A stretch of DNA of 64,000 nt, from assembly GCA_963733295.1 (NCBI GenBank), contig CAVTCS010000003.1:1792001-1856000 (forward strand), read 5' to 3'. The position numbers and the translations under genes were made by a program. The notes beneath the pieces are model-generated. The model saw only the letters and a list, made by a program, of their open reading frames with translations. It had not been told where the DNA came from and did not search any database. The DNA is from Vulcanimicrobiota bacterium. Its GTDB lineage: Bacteria; Vulcanimicrobiota; Vulcanimicrobiia; Vulcanimicrobiales; Vulcanimicrobiaceae. The first letter of the stretch is position 1. Every line of letters begins with the position of its first letter. Of the stretch, positions 45,212-55,888 are shown one piece after another.

Positions 45212-45880
45212 TTAGCGCTGTCCGGCCGCCGCGGGTGAGGCTGCCGGTGTCGGGAGCGTGACGTTCGGGTTCTGCGGCATGTCGACCGATGAGCCGGGCT
45301 GTGACGTATTTGACGGACTCGCCGCGATCGGTGCCGGCGTCGCGTTCTTGGCGGCGAGGATCTCTCTGTGCAGTTGCCGAGCCTGCGGTGAAGTTCCGTA
45401 CGAGCTGAAGAGCCAGGTCGAGGTCGCGTAGGCTTTCTGCGTGCCCTGCGGCGACTGAATCTTCGCGTAGAGATGCTCGAGGAAGTAGATGTTGCGCGGG
45501 AGCTGCGGGTCGAGCGGGTACCTCTTCTGCCAATCCCTGATCGCTTTTTCGGCGAACGCGACCGAGCTGATCGTCGCATCGCCCTTGCTCGGATCGTTGT
45601 CGTACTTGAGTCCGAGGTCGCGGATCGTGTTGCGAATGCCAAGAATGCTGAGCTTCATCGGGCCGAAGTACTCGTCGGCCGGCGCGTAGTCGCTCAGCTT
45701 GAGTTTATGCACCTGCGGCTTTGAGTTCGCCTTGGTCGTCGATTTCGACGCGGGCTTGGCGGCCGCGGCATCGGCCGGCAGGGCCGCGAACCCACCCGGC
45801 GCGCCGGCGCGCTGCAGCGGCGCGCCCGCGAAAAAGGAAGCTGCAGTGAACACAAAAACAAGCCCAAAGACTCGCTTCAC
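45212..45880 (-). CDS. Secreted hypothetical protein
   Basis: Signal peptide from GTG at 45880; APADEYFGPMKLSILGIRN core, helical body, Pro-rich tail. Confidence 0.7.
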   Translation of the reverse strand: MKRVFGLVFVFTAASFFAGAPLQRAGAPGGFAALPADAAAAKPASKSTTKANSKPQVHKLKLSDYAPADEYFGPMKLSILGIRNTIRDLGLKYDNDPSKGDATISSVAFAEKAIRDWQKRYPLDPQLPRNIYFLEHLYAKIQSPQGTQKAYATSTWLFSSYGTSPQARQLHREILAAKNATPAPIAASPSNTSQPGSSVDMPQNPNVTLPTPAASPAAAGQR

Positions 45881-45935
45881 GTTGTTATAACCCTCATAGC
45901 AAGTAGTACGCGGGTATCGTTGGAGACTAATTTCC

Positions 45936-47271
45936 GTGGCTGAGCGAAGAATACCCGTTGCCTGCGTGCAGACGCAAGCGGTTGGCCGCACAGGATTCCA
46001 AGAGGCTTGGCCCGGTTTTCTTGCACTCGTTGATTCCGCAGGAGCGAGCGGTGCGAGACTGATCGTCCTTCCCGAAGGGACGGTCCCTAGTTACGTGGTC
46101 GGCACCAGCTCCCGTGCCGGAGGAGTTGACCCGGCGCACAGAATCCGACCTCGCCGCGCTCGCGCAACGTCACGGCGCAACCATCGTCTACGGCACGGCG
46201 CGCACGCACGAAGGGCGCCAATTCAACGCCGCGAGCGTGATCGGCCCGGACGGCCGCGACCTGGGGTTCGCCGCCAAGCAGTTCCTCTGGCACTTCGACC
46301 GCAAGTGGTTCGAAGCGGGCGGGACGCTCGACCCGATCGATACGCCGGTCGGGCGTCTCGGCGTGCTGGTCTGCGCCGACAACCGCATCCCGACGATTCC
46401 GAACACGCTGGTGGAGCGCGGTGCCGAGCTGCTCGTGATGCCGACCGCGTGGGTCACGACCGGTCGCGATCCGGGCAACCTCGAGAACGCGCAAGCCGAC
46501 CTGATGATCAACGTGCGCGCTCACGAGAACGGCGTGCCGTTCATCGCGAGCAACAAGGCCGGCGTCGAGGAAGAGAGCGTCGCGTTCTGCGGCAAGAGCG
46601 CGATCGTGGCGGCCGACGGTCACTTCATCGCGCAAGCCGGCGAACGCGAAGTGACGGTGCTACGCGGTGAGGTTAAAGTGGGGGCGCGTCCGGAGCGTTC
46701 GTTCGCGACGCTCGACCCAGTCTTCGATAAGAATTTCAAGCCCGCCGAAAAAGTGCGCATCGCGTTCACGCTCGAGACCGATCCGGCAAAGCTCGAGCAG
46801 TACCGGCGCCTCGCCGAACTCGAAGACGCGAGCATCGTCATCGCGCCCGACGACGGTCCCGCCCGGATCGTCGAACGCGACGGCGTGCGTTACGGCGTCG
46901 CGGGCACGGGCCGGTTTTGCAATCCGCGCGGCCTCATCGAGGCGCGGCTCGCGGGCGTCGACCTGTTCGTGTGGGATTTCCACGGCAAGGCGGAGTGGCG
47001 CGTTTCGTACGGCCGCACGCGAGCGATGGAGCTGCGCGCGTACGTGATCGCGTTCGACCGGGATCGCAACCGCGCCGCCGCGATCGATCCCGACGGCGTC
47101 GTGCTCGCCGGGACCTACGACGATCTCAAACTGGCCGCGTTCGCCTACGATCGCAGCCGCAGCGCAAACGGCATCGTGGCGCCGTTCACCGACGTCTTCG
47201 CCGGCCTGCGCACCGCGGAAGCGATCCGGGCGCGCGGCGTGGAGCAGCCGCTGGTCGCACCGCGTGGCTGA
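45936..47271 (+). CDS. Carbon-nitrogen hydrolase (nitrilase superfamily) with C-terminal extension, apparent +1 frameshift near 46107
   Basis: The N-terminus with LIVLPEG (catalytic Glu) is in the 45936 frame; AAKQFL (Lys) and LVCAD (Cys) are in the 46114 frame. Confidence 0.8.
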
Positions 47272-48730
47272 ACGCGACCTACGGTTCGAAGCGGCCGCGC
47301 AGCGCGCGCTCGATACCGCTGCGGCGCACGGCGCGAGCTACGCCGACGTGCGCTTCGAGGAAGATTCGAGCGAGCGGATCGAGGTTCGCAACGGCGCGGT
47401 CGCGACGCTCGAGGACGGCACGAGCACCGGCTACGGGATGCGCGCCTTCTACGAGGGTTCGTGGGGTTTCGCGGCTTCAGCCGATACGAGCGACCATGGT
47501 CTCGACGCGACCGCCGCGCGCGCCGTCGAGATCGCGAAGGCCGGGGCGACGGTCGCGACGCGCCGCTTCGGCGAAGCACCCACGGACCACTACGTCGACC
47601 GCTTCGCGACGCCGCTCGAGCGCGACCCCGCGGACGTCCCGCTCGGCGAGCGCGTCGCGCTGCTGCTCGAAGCCGAAAAAGACGTGCACGTCGGTCCGCT
47701 GGTCGCGGTCGGGCGCGCCTGGATCGATCTCTGGCACACCGAGAAAGAGTTCTATAGTTCGACCGGCTCCAAGATCGCGCAGTCGCTCTATCAGACCGGC
47801 AGCGGACTTTCGGCGCTGGCGGTGGGCGAAGGCGACGCGCAGGACCGCACCTATCCCGGCGACGTCGGGCTCTACCAAAGCGGCGGCTGGGAGATCATCG
47901 ACGAGGCGAAGCTGCGTGAGAACGCGGCGCGCATCGGCGAGGAAGCCGTCGCGCTCCTGACCGCGCCGCAGTGTCCGTCGGGAACGATGGACATCGTGCT
48001 GGGCGGCTCGCAAGTCTCGCTGCAGATCCACGAGTCGTGCGGCCACCCGGCCGAACTCGACCGCGTCATGGGCTGGGAAGCGAACTTCTCAGGCACGAGC
48101 TTCCTCGATCCGTCGGAACTCGGCAAACTGAAGTACGGCTCGGACGCCGTCACGATCGTCATCGACAACACGCTCCCGCGCGGCCTCGCCACGGTGGGCT
48201 ACGACGACGAGGGCACGAAAAGCGTGCAGTCCGACATCATCCGCAACGGCATCTTGGCAGGCTTCGAGATGTCGCGCGACACCGCGCGCACGATCGGCCG
48301 CGCGAGCAACGCCTGCGTTCGCTCCGAGAACTGGCGCGGGATCCCGATGATCCGGATGTGCAACCTCAACCTCTTGCCGGGCAACGTCCCGTTCGAAGCG
48401 CTGTTCGAGGGAATCAAACACGGGATTTATATGGAATCGAACCGCTCGTGGTCGATCGACGACCACCGCCTCAACTTCCAGTTCGGCTGCGAGATCGGCT
48501 GGGAGATCGTCGACGGCAAGCGCGGCCGGATGCTCAAGAACCCGACCTACGCCGGCGTGACCCCGCAATTCTGGAACTCCTGCGACGCGATCGCCGACAA
48601 GAACTCGTGGAGGGCGTGGGGGACACCAAACTGCGGCAAGGGCGAGCCCATGCAAGCCGGACGCACCGCGCAGTGCGCCGCACCCGCGCGCTTCCGTGAC
48701 GTACAGGTAGGAATCGGCTATAGTGGATAG
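47264..48730 (+). CDS. tldD: TldD metalloprotease
   Basis: SYADVR, IHESCGHPAELDR, YDDEG, PMIRMCN and CGKG motifs. Confidence 0.9.
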   Translation: MAERDLRFEAAAQRALDTAAAHGASYADVRFEEDSSERIEVRNGAVATLEDGTSTGYGMRAFYEGSWGFAASADTSDHGLDATAARAVEIAKAGATVATRRFGEAPTDHYVDRFATPLERDPADVPLGERVALLLEAEKDVHVGPLVAVGRAWIDLWHTEKEFYSSTGSKIAQSLYQTGSGLSALAVGEGDAQDRTYPGDVGLYQSGGWEIIDEAKLRENAARIGEEAVALLTAPQCPSGTMDIVLGGSQVSLQIHESCGHPAELDRVMGWEANFSGTSFLDPSELGKLKYGSDAVTIVIDNTLPRGLATVGYDDEGTKSVQSDIIRNGILAGFEMSRDTARTIGRASNACVRSENWRGIPMIRMCNLNLLPGNVPFEALFEGIKHGIYMESNRSWSIDDHRLNFQFGCEIGWEIVDGKRGRMLKNPTYAGVTPQFWNSCDAIADKNSWRAWGTPNCGKGEPMQAGRTAQCAAPARFRDVQVGIGYSG

Positions 48731-50057
48731 CGCCGCGCGGCAAGCCCTTGCCGAGCGCGTTCTCGGATTTTCGAACGCCGACGAGACCGAAGTCTCGGTC
48801 AATTTCGACGACACGCGTCTAACGCGCTTCACGCGGAATGCGATCCATCAAAACATCGCCACGCAGGACGTAACGGTGCGAATCAGGGCGATCGTCGGCG
48901 GCCGTACCGGTGTCATCGAAACCAACGATCTTCGGGAGTCGTCGCTGAAGGTCGCGGTAGAGAAAGCGACCGCGATCGCGCGCCTCGCGCCGCCGGATCC
49001 GGACTTTCCGGGACTGGTGAAAGCCGATTCCGTCGCCGCGCCGCCGCCTCACGCGTTCGACGAGCGGACAGCGAACGCGTCAGCCGAGCGCCGCGCCAGC
49101 ATCGCAGCCGAAGTGTTTGCGACAGCGGAGCGACATGATTTTTGGGCTGCGGGCTACGTCACGACGTCGCACAGCGGCATAACGATCCTCAACTCACGCG
49201 GAACGGACGCATCGTTCGACGGAACCAATGCCGGCATCAACGTCAAGCAAGTTGCGCCAGATTCGACCGGTTTTGCAGAAATGCACTCGACGAGCATCGC
49301 CTCAATCGACGGGACAACCGTTGGGACGGTCGCGGCCGACAAGGCACTCCTTTCGCGCCATCCTAAAGCCGTCGAACCCGGCTCCTGGACGGTGATCCTC
49401 GAGCCGCCGGCATTCGGAGAATTGCTCTCGTACTTACTCCACCACTTCTCAGCTGAGACGTACGACGAGGGCTCTTCCTTTCTAAGCCCTGGTCTCGATA
49501 AGCCATATGTCGGGGACGGCGTCACGATTAGCGACGACTACGCACACCCGCTATCGCCCGGTATGCCGTTCGACTTCGAAGGCCAGCCAACGCGACGGTT
49601 AGCGCTGCTCGAGCGCGGCGTCGCCAAGAACATCGTCACCGACGCATATTGGGCGGCGAAGCTCAGACGTCCGAACACCGGCCACGGGTTACCCGCGCCG
49701 AACTCGTGGGGGCCACAAGCTAGCCACGTGGTTGTTGCAGCTGGTTCTAAATCAAAGGCTCAGCTGATTTCCGAAACCGAGCGCGGGCTGCTGATCAGCC
49801 GCTTCTGGTACATTCGCCCAGTCGACGACCGGCTAACGATCATGACCGGCATGACGCGTGACGGTACGTTTCTGATCGAGGGCGGAAAGATAACCGGCGG
49901 CGTGCGGAACATGCGCTTCAACGAGAGCATCCTCAACGCTCTATCGCGAGCCGAGTTTTCGTCTGAGCCCTTCCGCACGACCGGCTATAGCTATTCGATC
50001 ATCGCGCCGACGATTAGGATTCACGACTTTCAGTTCACAAGCTTAACAGAGTTTTAG
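48723..50057 (+). CDS. pmbA: TldE/PmbA family protein
   Basis: TRFTRNAIHQN, VILEPPA, PFDFEG, TGMTRDG; overlaps the tldD stop; lacks HExxH. Confidence 0.85.
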   Translation: MDSAARQALAERVLGFSNADETEVSVNFDDTRLTRFTRNAIHQNIATQDVTVRIRAIVGGRTGVIETNDLRESSLKVAVEKATAIARLAPPDPDFPGLVKADSVAAPPPHAFDERTANASAERRASIAAEVFATAERHDFWAAGYVTTSHSGITILNSRGTDASFDGTNAGINVKQVAPDSTGFAEMHSTSIASIDGTTVGTVAADKALLSRHPKAVEPGSWTVILEPPAFGELLSYLLHHFSAETYDEGSSFLSPGLDKPYVGDGVTISDDYAHPLSPGMPFDFEGQPTRRLALLERGVAKNIVTDAYWAAKLRRPNTGHGLPAPNSWGPQASHVVVAAGSKSKAQLISETERGLLISRFWYIRPVDDRLTIMTGMTRDGTFLIEGGKITGGVRNMRFNESILNALSRAEFSSEPFRTTGYSYSIIAPTIRIHDFQFTSLTEF

Positions 50058-50073
50058 AAATGGGAACCGGAAC

Positions 50074-50526
50074 TTAGATGCCGGCGGGTGCCCGAGACGC
50101 GTCCGCCAAGGTCAAGGCCTTATCGCTTCGACGCGCAAGTTCGGTGAATCTTGGATTCCGTTCGACGTTGAACGAGAACTTATAGCCGAAACGTCGTAGC
50201 GTGTGCAAAAATGGTCCGCATTTTACGTCCTCCTCGATTTTCATCCGCAGGCGACGGATGTGAACATCTAATGTACGGTCACCTCCCTCGAAATCATATC
50301 CCCAAACTAGATCGAGAAGACGCTCGCGCGACATGGCTACACCAGCGTTCGAAGCGAGCGCGACCAACAGGGAAAACTCGCGCGGTTTGAGTTGAATCGC
50401 TTGACCTAACACGCGAACCTCTCTGGCTATTTCATCGATTTCGAGCGGTCCAAACTGCATAAGGAGTTGCGCGCTGTTTCGTTCAGGGCACGTCGGTAGT
50501 GACGGACGCATCAGGTATCGCTCCAT
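50074..50526 (-). CDS. Stand-alone OmpR/PhoB-type winged-helix DNA-binding protein (no receiver domain)
   Basis: LKPREFSLLVAL...SRERLLDLVWGYDF..DRTLDVHIRRLRMKIE...TLRRFGYKF; only ~25 aa precede the domain. Confidence 0.85.
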   Translation of the reverse strand: MERYLMRPSLPTCPERNSAQLLMQFGPLEIDEIAREVRVLGQAIQLKPREFSLLVALASNAGVAMSRERLLDLVWGYDFEGGDRTLDVHIRRLRMKIEEDVKCGPFLHTLRRFGYKFSFNVERNPRFTELARRSDKALTLADASRAPAGI

Positions 50527-50574
50527 TCTAGTCGCTTATTGAGTCGTTGACGACATGATCGATCGACGAATAAA

Positions 50575-50619
50575 ATGATACATGAACTTAAAACGATTGT
50601 CTCTACCCACTTTTAGGTA
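50575..50619 (-). promoter_or_regulatory. Candidate sigma70 promoter with an adjacent NarL/LuxR-like 7-2-7 box
   Basis: On the minus strand, GAGACA (50603-50598), a 17-nt spacer and TATCAT (50580-50575). TACCCAC-TT-TTAGGTA (50604-50619) abuts the -35. Confidence 0.45.
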
Positions 50620-50627
50620 CGGAGACT

Positions 50628-53249
50628 CTAAACCAGACCGTGTTCTCGGGCGATTCGAGCCGCCTCGATTCTCCCCTTACATCCGAGTTTTCTCAAAATC
50701 GCCTTTACGTGAGTATCTACTGTGCGAGGGCTTCGGTTGAGTTCGACCGCAATCGACTTGGTAGATCGACCCCTAGTAAGCGTTTGAAGTATCCGCATTT
50801 CGGTTGGAGTCAGGCCCGAGAGTCGATGCTGCACGCCAACACGCGTGACGGCGAGACTGTCCATGAGTAATGCAAAGCCGCCTAAGCCGCTCGATCGAAG
50901 ATCGCTAAGCGCTGCTTCAAATTCGTCGTTAGTTGATCCATTCGCGTTGGCAGAGAAAATCATTGCGACACGCCAGAGAAAGTAGAGGCCTGTCGTCTTG
51001 AGCAATCGTGAGCGTTCGAGCGTTCGTAGCCGTTCGACCCCCTGTCGTGGCCGACCGATTAGCGCATAAGTGACCGATAAGAGTAGCGTTGCCTTCACGA
51101 TTCTGTTCGAAAACCGCTGCCCAACATTTAGACCCGATTCGAGGTTCTCAATCTCTAACAGTTTCAGCTTCGCCTGTTCCCACAGGCCTGCCGCAGCGGC
51201 GTAAAGAGCAATCTCTGTGCGACGCAAGAATTGTTGTTCGAGGTTCGCATGAACATATGCGCTAGCGCCAAGTAAATCGCACGCGTCTTGATATTTCCCG
51301 TGCCATGCGAGCTGCATTGCCTTGGCGGGCAAAAGCGTCTCCTGCCACCGCGGATCGGAACGCCCTTCCAAAACATCCAATTTAGCCTCTAACTCGGAAA
51401 ATGCGTGTTCGTCACCACGCTCACTAGCGAGATCGCAGAGGCCCATCAGAGCGACCCGCGCTACCGCTGGGTCCCCAGCTAACTCGGCACATTCGAGCAT
51501 TCGAAGCAGATTCTCGGTCGTTCGTTCCTGATCTCCAGCCTCGCTGGACACGTTCGCTAGCGTTGAGTATGCACGCGCGGCTAGGTTATGAAGTCCATCC
51601 TGCTGCGCGACGGCAACTGATTTTGAGGCACAAGCCCTCGCCGTGTCAAATTTCCCAGCTCGAGTTGCGACGAATGCAGCGCTGTTAAGAACTGTAACCT
51701 CGAGTGCAGTGTCGTTTAAATGACAAGCTAAGTTTAGCGCGCGATCAATAGACTGGTTGGCAAGTTTGTGTTTGCCGCTTGCGCTTTGCGCAGCTGCTAA
51801 GGTTGCTGCCACGCGGCACCTCAGTCGACGATTACAAACCGATGCAAGCGGAATTGAGCCAAGGACGCGGCAGGCCTCCAAATGTCGATATTGGTTAATA
51901 AGTGACACAGCCGATCTTTGGGCAAAATCAGCTCGCTGGTCGCCACTACATTTCTTTACAATGCTGCTGAAAATCGCGTTCGAGGCTTCGAAGCGGCCCA
52001 GTCTTGCAAGAACCTCTGCCCTAAGGCCCGATAGTTCTATCCGATCTTTTTCGCGGTTAAAGTGGTCCGAGAACAGCTGTTTTCGCACTTCTTCAAGGAA
52101 CCCACGGTCCAAAAGACGCTGACCATGCTCGATCAAGACTCGCTCGACATCGCCAAACTCGTCTGCGTCTGCGTAAATCGAGAGCGCTCGCTCCATCAAT
52201 CCGCCCGACTCCAGTATCTGAGCTGTCTTGCGGAGAGTTGCCCGATACTCACTTCCGCCACGAAGCTTTAGTTGAAACTCCAGAAACGCGCGAAACAAGT
52301 CTTTATACTGATAGATATGCTCCGAAGCGTGATCTATCAGCGCCGTCTCCTTTTGCAATCGGAGGACCGTTGCAGCCGCGTCATCGTATCCGGCTTTACT
52401 GAGCATTTCAACTTCAATGTGCGGGAGCAAAGACGTGTCGCTCAAGAAACGTTGGTCACTCTTGTCTAGAGGATCAAATACCTGCTGAGCGATGTAACTG
52501 TAAAGGAGTTCGCGGGCCGCGGTGACGGCTTCTTGGACGTTTCTAGATCTGACAAATGCCGCCAAAGCGAAGGAAGTGGCAGCGGGCCATCCATCCGAGA
52601 AAGAAAAAAGAGCCGATGAAGCTTCATCGCTCAACTCGAGACGCCAAGAGGCCGCAATTTCGTGCATCTCTCTCGTTGTCAGGCGCAGATCGTATTCGTC
52701 AATCGGCAGACCAGCTGTTCCTTGCGCGAACCACGTCGCCATCGGCAGATCAAGGGAGCTGCGCGTCGCCAACACCCACCGCACCGAGGCCGGGGCTAGT
52801 TCGACGATTTCCGAGATCAGGTCACCGACACCGCACCGCCGCATGGCTCGATGTAGATCATCGATGACAATCGTGCCGTTCGCGTCGCTTAATGTGACCG
52901 CCAACTCTTGGAGCAAGTCCCTGCGGTGGTCACCACAGCCTCCGAAGGATCGCGGATCGTTGCGCGGGGCTGCCGCACTGGACCGCGTCTTGAAGCATGC
53001 TAGGAGGTCTTCGAGGAACCTTACGTGGTTCGCGTGCTCTTTGCGCACCTTTAACACGCCGAGCAAAGCAACGTGCTGCTTCACAAACTGATCCAATACG
53101 GTGGATTTCCCGAAGCCGGCTGGTGCCGCGATTACAGTTACCCGCGATCGCGTTGCCGAAAGCAGCCGTCTCAGGAGTCGATCCCGGTCTATGGCGACAA
53201 AATATGTACTGAACTCCGGTCTAAGTCGCGAAGACACCAAGCCGTCCAT
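50628..53249 (-). CDS. MalT-like ATP-dependent LuxR-family regulator (STAND ATPase + TPR-like + LuxR HTH)
   Basis: APAGFGKST Walker A, IVIDDLH, DGWPAA, helical repeats, C-terminal LTPTEMRIL...SPRTVDTHVKAILRKLG. Confidence 0.9.
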   Translation of the reverse strand: MDGLVSSRLRPEFSTYFVAIDRDRLLRRLLSATRSRVTVIAAPAGFGKSTVLDQFVKQHVALLGVLKVRKEHANHVRFLEDLLACFKTRSSAAAPRNDPRSFGGCGDHRRDLLQELAVTLSDANGTIVIDDLHRAMRRCGVGDLISEIVELAPASVRWVLATRSSLDLPMATWFAQGTAGLPIDEYDLRLTTREMHEIAASWRLELSDEASSALFSFSDGWPAATSFALAAFVRSRNVQEAVTAARELLYSYIAQQVFDPLDKSDQRFLSDTSLLPHIEVEMLSKAGYDDAAATVLRLQKETALIDHASEHIYQYKDLFRAFLEFQLKLRGGSEYRATLRKTAQILESGGLMERALSIYADADEFGDVERVLIEHGQRLLDRGFLEEVRKQLFSDHFNREKDRIELSGLRAEVLARLGRFEASNAIFSSIVKKCSGDQRADFAQRSAVSLINQYRHLEACRVLGSIPLASVCNRRLRCRVAATLAAAQSASGKHKLANQSIDRALNLACHLNDTALEVTVLNSAAFVATRAGKFDTARACASKSVAVAQQDGLHNLAARAYSTLANVSSEAGDQERTTENLLRMLECAELAGDPAVARVALMGLCDLASERGDEHAFSELEAKLDVLEGRSDPRWQETLLPAKAMQLAWHGKYQDACDLLGASAYVHANLEQQFLRRTEIALYAAAAGLWEQAKLKLLEIENLESGLNVGQRFSNRIVKATLLLSVTYALIGRPRQGVERLRTLERSRLLKTTGLYFLWRVAMIFSANANGSTNDEFEAALSDLRSSGLGGFALLMDSLAVTRVGVQHRLSGLTPTEMRILQTLTRGRSTKSIAVELNRSPRTVDTHVKAILRKLGCKGRIEAARIAREHGLV

Positions 53250-53549
53250 TTGCGAAGGGGATGAATCTTTACGGCAGCGATACTGCCACGACCTACCAGC
53301 GCTGAGTGGCTGAGCATCAACGAGCGTGAACTCGCGTCCTTCGTTTCCGCGCTGTTAACAGACGCTTTCTGTCAACCTCACTGGCGAGGCACTGCCGGCC
53401 GCCGAACGGCGCCCGCGCTCCATCTATGCATTCGAGCGCGGATCGACCCTAAGCTCGAGCGAAAAATCTCTGCCGAGCCGTCGCAGAATAAGAATGGGCC
53501 GAGAAGGTTGTCTTCAACAATTCTTTCCCACGCACCGCGTCACCAGATC

Positions 53550-53852
53550 TCAAGATGATTGAGATGCTTGTAGGAGCGTGACGTTGCCCTGTAGATATCG
53601 GGTGACGGCGGTTGGCGAAATCGTCAGTGGAAGTTGTGGACATGGTCTTGGCCAGACTACGATCGAGTAGGAACCTGATAGTATCACGTCCTGCTTTTTC
53701 GATTGGGCGAAGCACGGCGCGAGCTCGTTGGGTTTCACTAAGATCCCCGTATAAGTGTAGATTTGTCCGTTCGACTTTAGCTGCACTTGAGCCGTCGACC
53801 CGATGGGTGGACTGGCGATCGCTAGGATGAGAGTCAGCGCGAGCGCGTACAT
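53550..53852 (-). CDS. Small secreted hypothetical protein
   Basis: TAATG overlap with the upstream stop; hydrophobic N-terminus; two Cys. Confidence 0.55.
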   Translation of the reverse strand: MYALALTLILAIASPPIGSTAQVQLKSNGQIYTYTGILVKPNELAPCFAQSKKQDVILSGSYSIVVWPRPCPQLPLTISPTAVTRYLQGNVTLLQASQSS

Positions 53853-54517
53853 TACGGCGATCCACCAGGGGGCATCGAGTCGATATAGTCGACGGCAGTT
53901 TGCGGGACGACGTAGACGTGAGGATTTGGCGGCGCGTTCGGCTGACGCGGATCCGGCGGTTGTTTGTAGTAGACGAAAAGAATCGTGCTGGTTTGATCGA
54001 TGATGGTCGTCCGGCTGCCGTCACTCAAGAGATCACCGGCCACACCGGCGTACGCAGGGTTGATGTGCACGCTTGAGCCGGCTTCCGCTCCCGAGCTGAT
54101 TTCTTGAACGCGAGCGGCCGCCGTGTCACGAGCAAGGGTATCAAGACAAGGGAAAGCGAGGATCAAGAGTATCGCTGCTTCCAGTGCAACGAGCGCGCGC
54201 ACCAGCGTGAGGTGCGCTCCCTTTTGGAAGGTACTCCCCGCGAACCACGTCACCCCTAACACGAGCGCTGCCACCACAATCCCAACAACAACCTTCCCCC
54301 AGTTTTCGAGCAAGACTCGATACGCGTCGAAGATCAACGTGTTGAACGACGCGTCCATCATGTAGCTGGGGAGATTGAACTGGCCAACATACAGGTAATT
54401 GCGATACGCGAGGCCCGCGAACACCATGAAGATCGCGATCAGAAACGCGAGATCGCGCGTCGTCGATAAGACAAACGCGACACCTGTTTTCCCGCTCGAG
54501 CTCGAATCGTCTGCCAT
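53852..54517 (-). CDS. Hypothetical membrane protein (3 TM + C-terminal soluble domain)
   Basis: ATG at 54517 with RBS AAGGA, 11 nt after the hydrolase stop; three hydrophobic segments. Confidence 0.7.
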   Translation of the reverse strand: MADDSSSSGKTGVAFVLSTTRDLAFLIAIFMVFAGLAYRNYLYVGQFNLPSYMMDASFNTLIFDAYRVLLENWGKVVVGIVVAALVLGVTWFAGSTFQKGAHLTLVRALVALEAAILLILAFPCLDTLARDTAAARVQEISSGAEAGSSVHINPAYAGVAGDLLSDGSRTTIIDQTSTILFVYYKQPPDPRQPNAPPNPHVYVVPQTAVDYIDSMPPGGSP

Positions 54518-54528
54518 CTCTTTCCTTT

Positions 54529-55876
54529 CTAGGGCCGGGCGAGCGCGAAGCCTTGCAAGAAGGCCCACGCGACTTGCGGGCCATCCACGTCGCCGTGACT
54601 CGAAATGAAGGCGTCGCCCTTCAGATTGCGGATGAGCTTCCCGGCGGGAAGCGCAGCATACGAAGCCGCGCCGTCGAGCAAGGTGTCGTCGAAGGCTTCG
54701 TCGGTCTGCTCGGCGCCGCTGGCGCCCATTCCGCCCCACTCGCTGTTCGAGGTATCCGGAGTATCGATCGTCGGAAGAGCCGAGGCCGAATCGCGCGCGA
54801 TGAAGGACGCGATCGGATAGGCGCCGCCGACCGCCCAGTCGTGCGAGCTGTGCGTGATCTGAATGATGTCGCGCACCTTCTTCTTCGTCACGACGTCTCG
54901 GAATGCGCCGATCGGGCGGCTCCCATCCGGGGGCGCCGGTGCAAGGCCGTAGTGCGAGTACGCCGCCTGAAGCAGCGACATCGTCCGGGCTTGCACGCCA
55001 TCCGGCAGCGCGTTCGCAAGCGAGGTGACGAGGCGCCCCCCGAAGCTATGTCCGACGAGATGCACCCGAAGCGACGGTTTTGCTTGGAGCGCTTTTGCGA
55101 TGAGCGGCGCGGCGCCGTTCTGACCGACGGTGCCGGCCCTTTCCTTCATGACGTAGTACGTCGTGAGGTTCAGGAGCATGTTCGCAGCCTGCTGCACCGC
55201 CGCGATCGGATTGAACCCCGCGGCGCCGCCGCTCGAGGTCGCGACGGCCGAAACGCCCAGCTGCGTTTGAATGTTCTGGAGGATCTGCGATCCGCTCGAG
55301 CTCGCGAGAGCGCCCGCGCCCGGGTCAAGACCACCGTCCGGTTCACCGGTAGTTTTCGGGAACAGCGCCGTCAGCGCCGCGACGTACGCGTTTTGACCCG
55401 CGGGGCTGTCCAGCAGCCGGCACTTGCTGGAGGGCCGTGTTGAGGAGTTGCTGTTCGGCCGGCCCGAACTGACCGAACGCGTCCTTGAGATTCGCAATCT
55501 GCGTCGCGATCGCTGCGCCGTAGTCAGTCGGAGCGGGATCTTGAACCGCAGCTGCGCCTCCCGGGATCAAGTCGCTCTCGTCGAACCGCTTGGATGGCCA
55601 ATACAGCGCGACGACGCCCGTGCGTTGCTGATCCGCCGAACTCAGTCCCGCGGCGCTCCACGCCTTGGCAACGCTCGTGAAGAAGCCGCTGTACAGGGCG
55701 CGCGCCTCGTCGATGTCGTTGTTCCAGCCGTGCGAGATCACGATCAGGTCGTCGATGCCCGGGAGCATCGCCGCGATCGCGGCTTCGGCTCCCGTGCCGT
55801 CGATTGCGCCGAGCGGCGTGATTGCGGCGTTCTTATCGAACGGGACCTCGACGGTCGCAAACGGATCGAAGTTCAT
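54529..55876 (-). CDS. Alpha/beta hydrolase, apparent +1 frameshift near 55418
   Basis: N-half ISHGWNN...VALYWPS (55343-55876 frame) and C-half VHLVGHSFGG...SSHG (54529 frame). Deleting one G in GTGCCGGCTGCTG gives QVPLLDS. Confidence 0.8.
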
Positions 55877-55888
55877 GTCATCCTCTCG

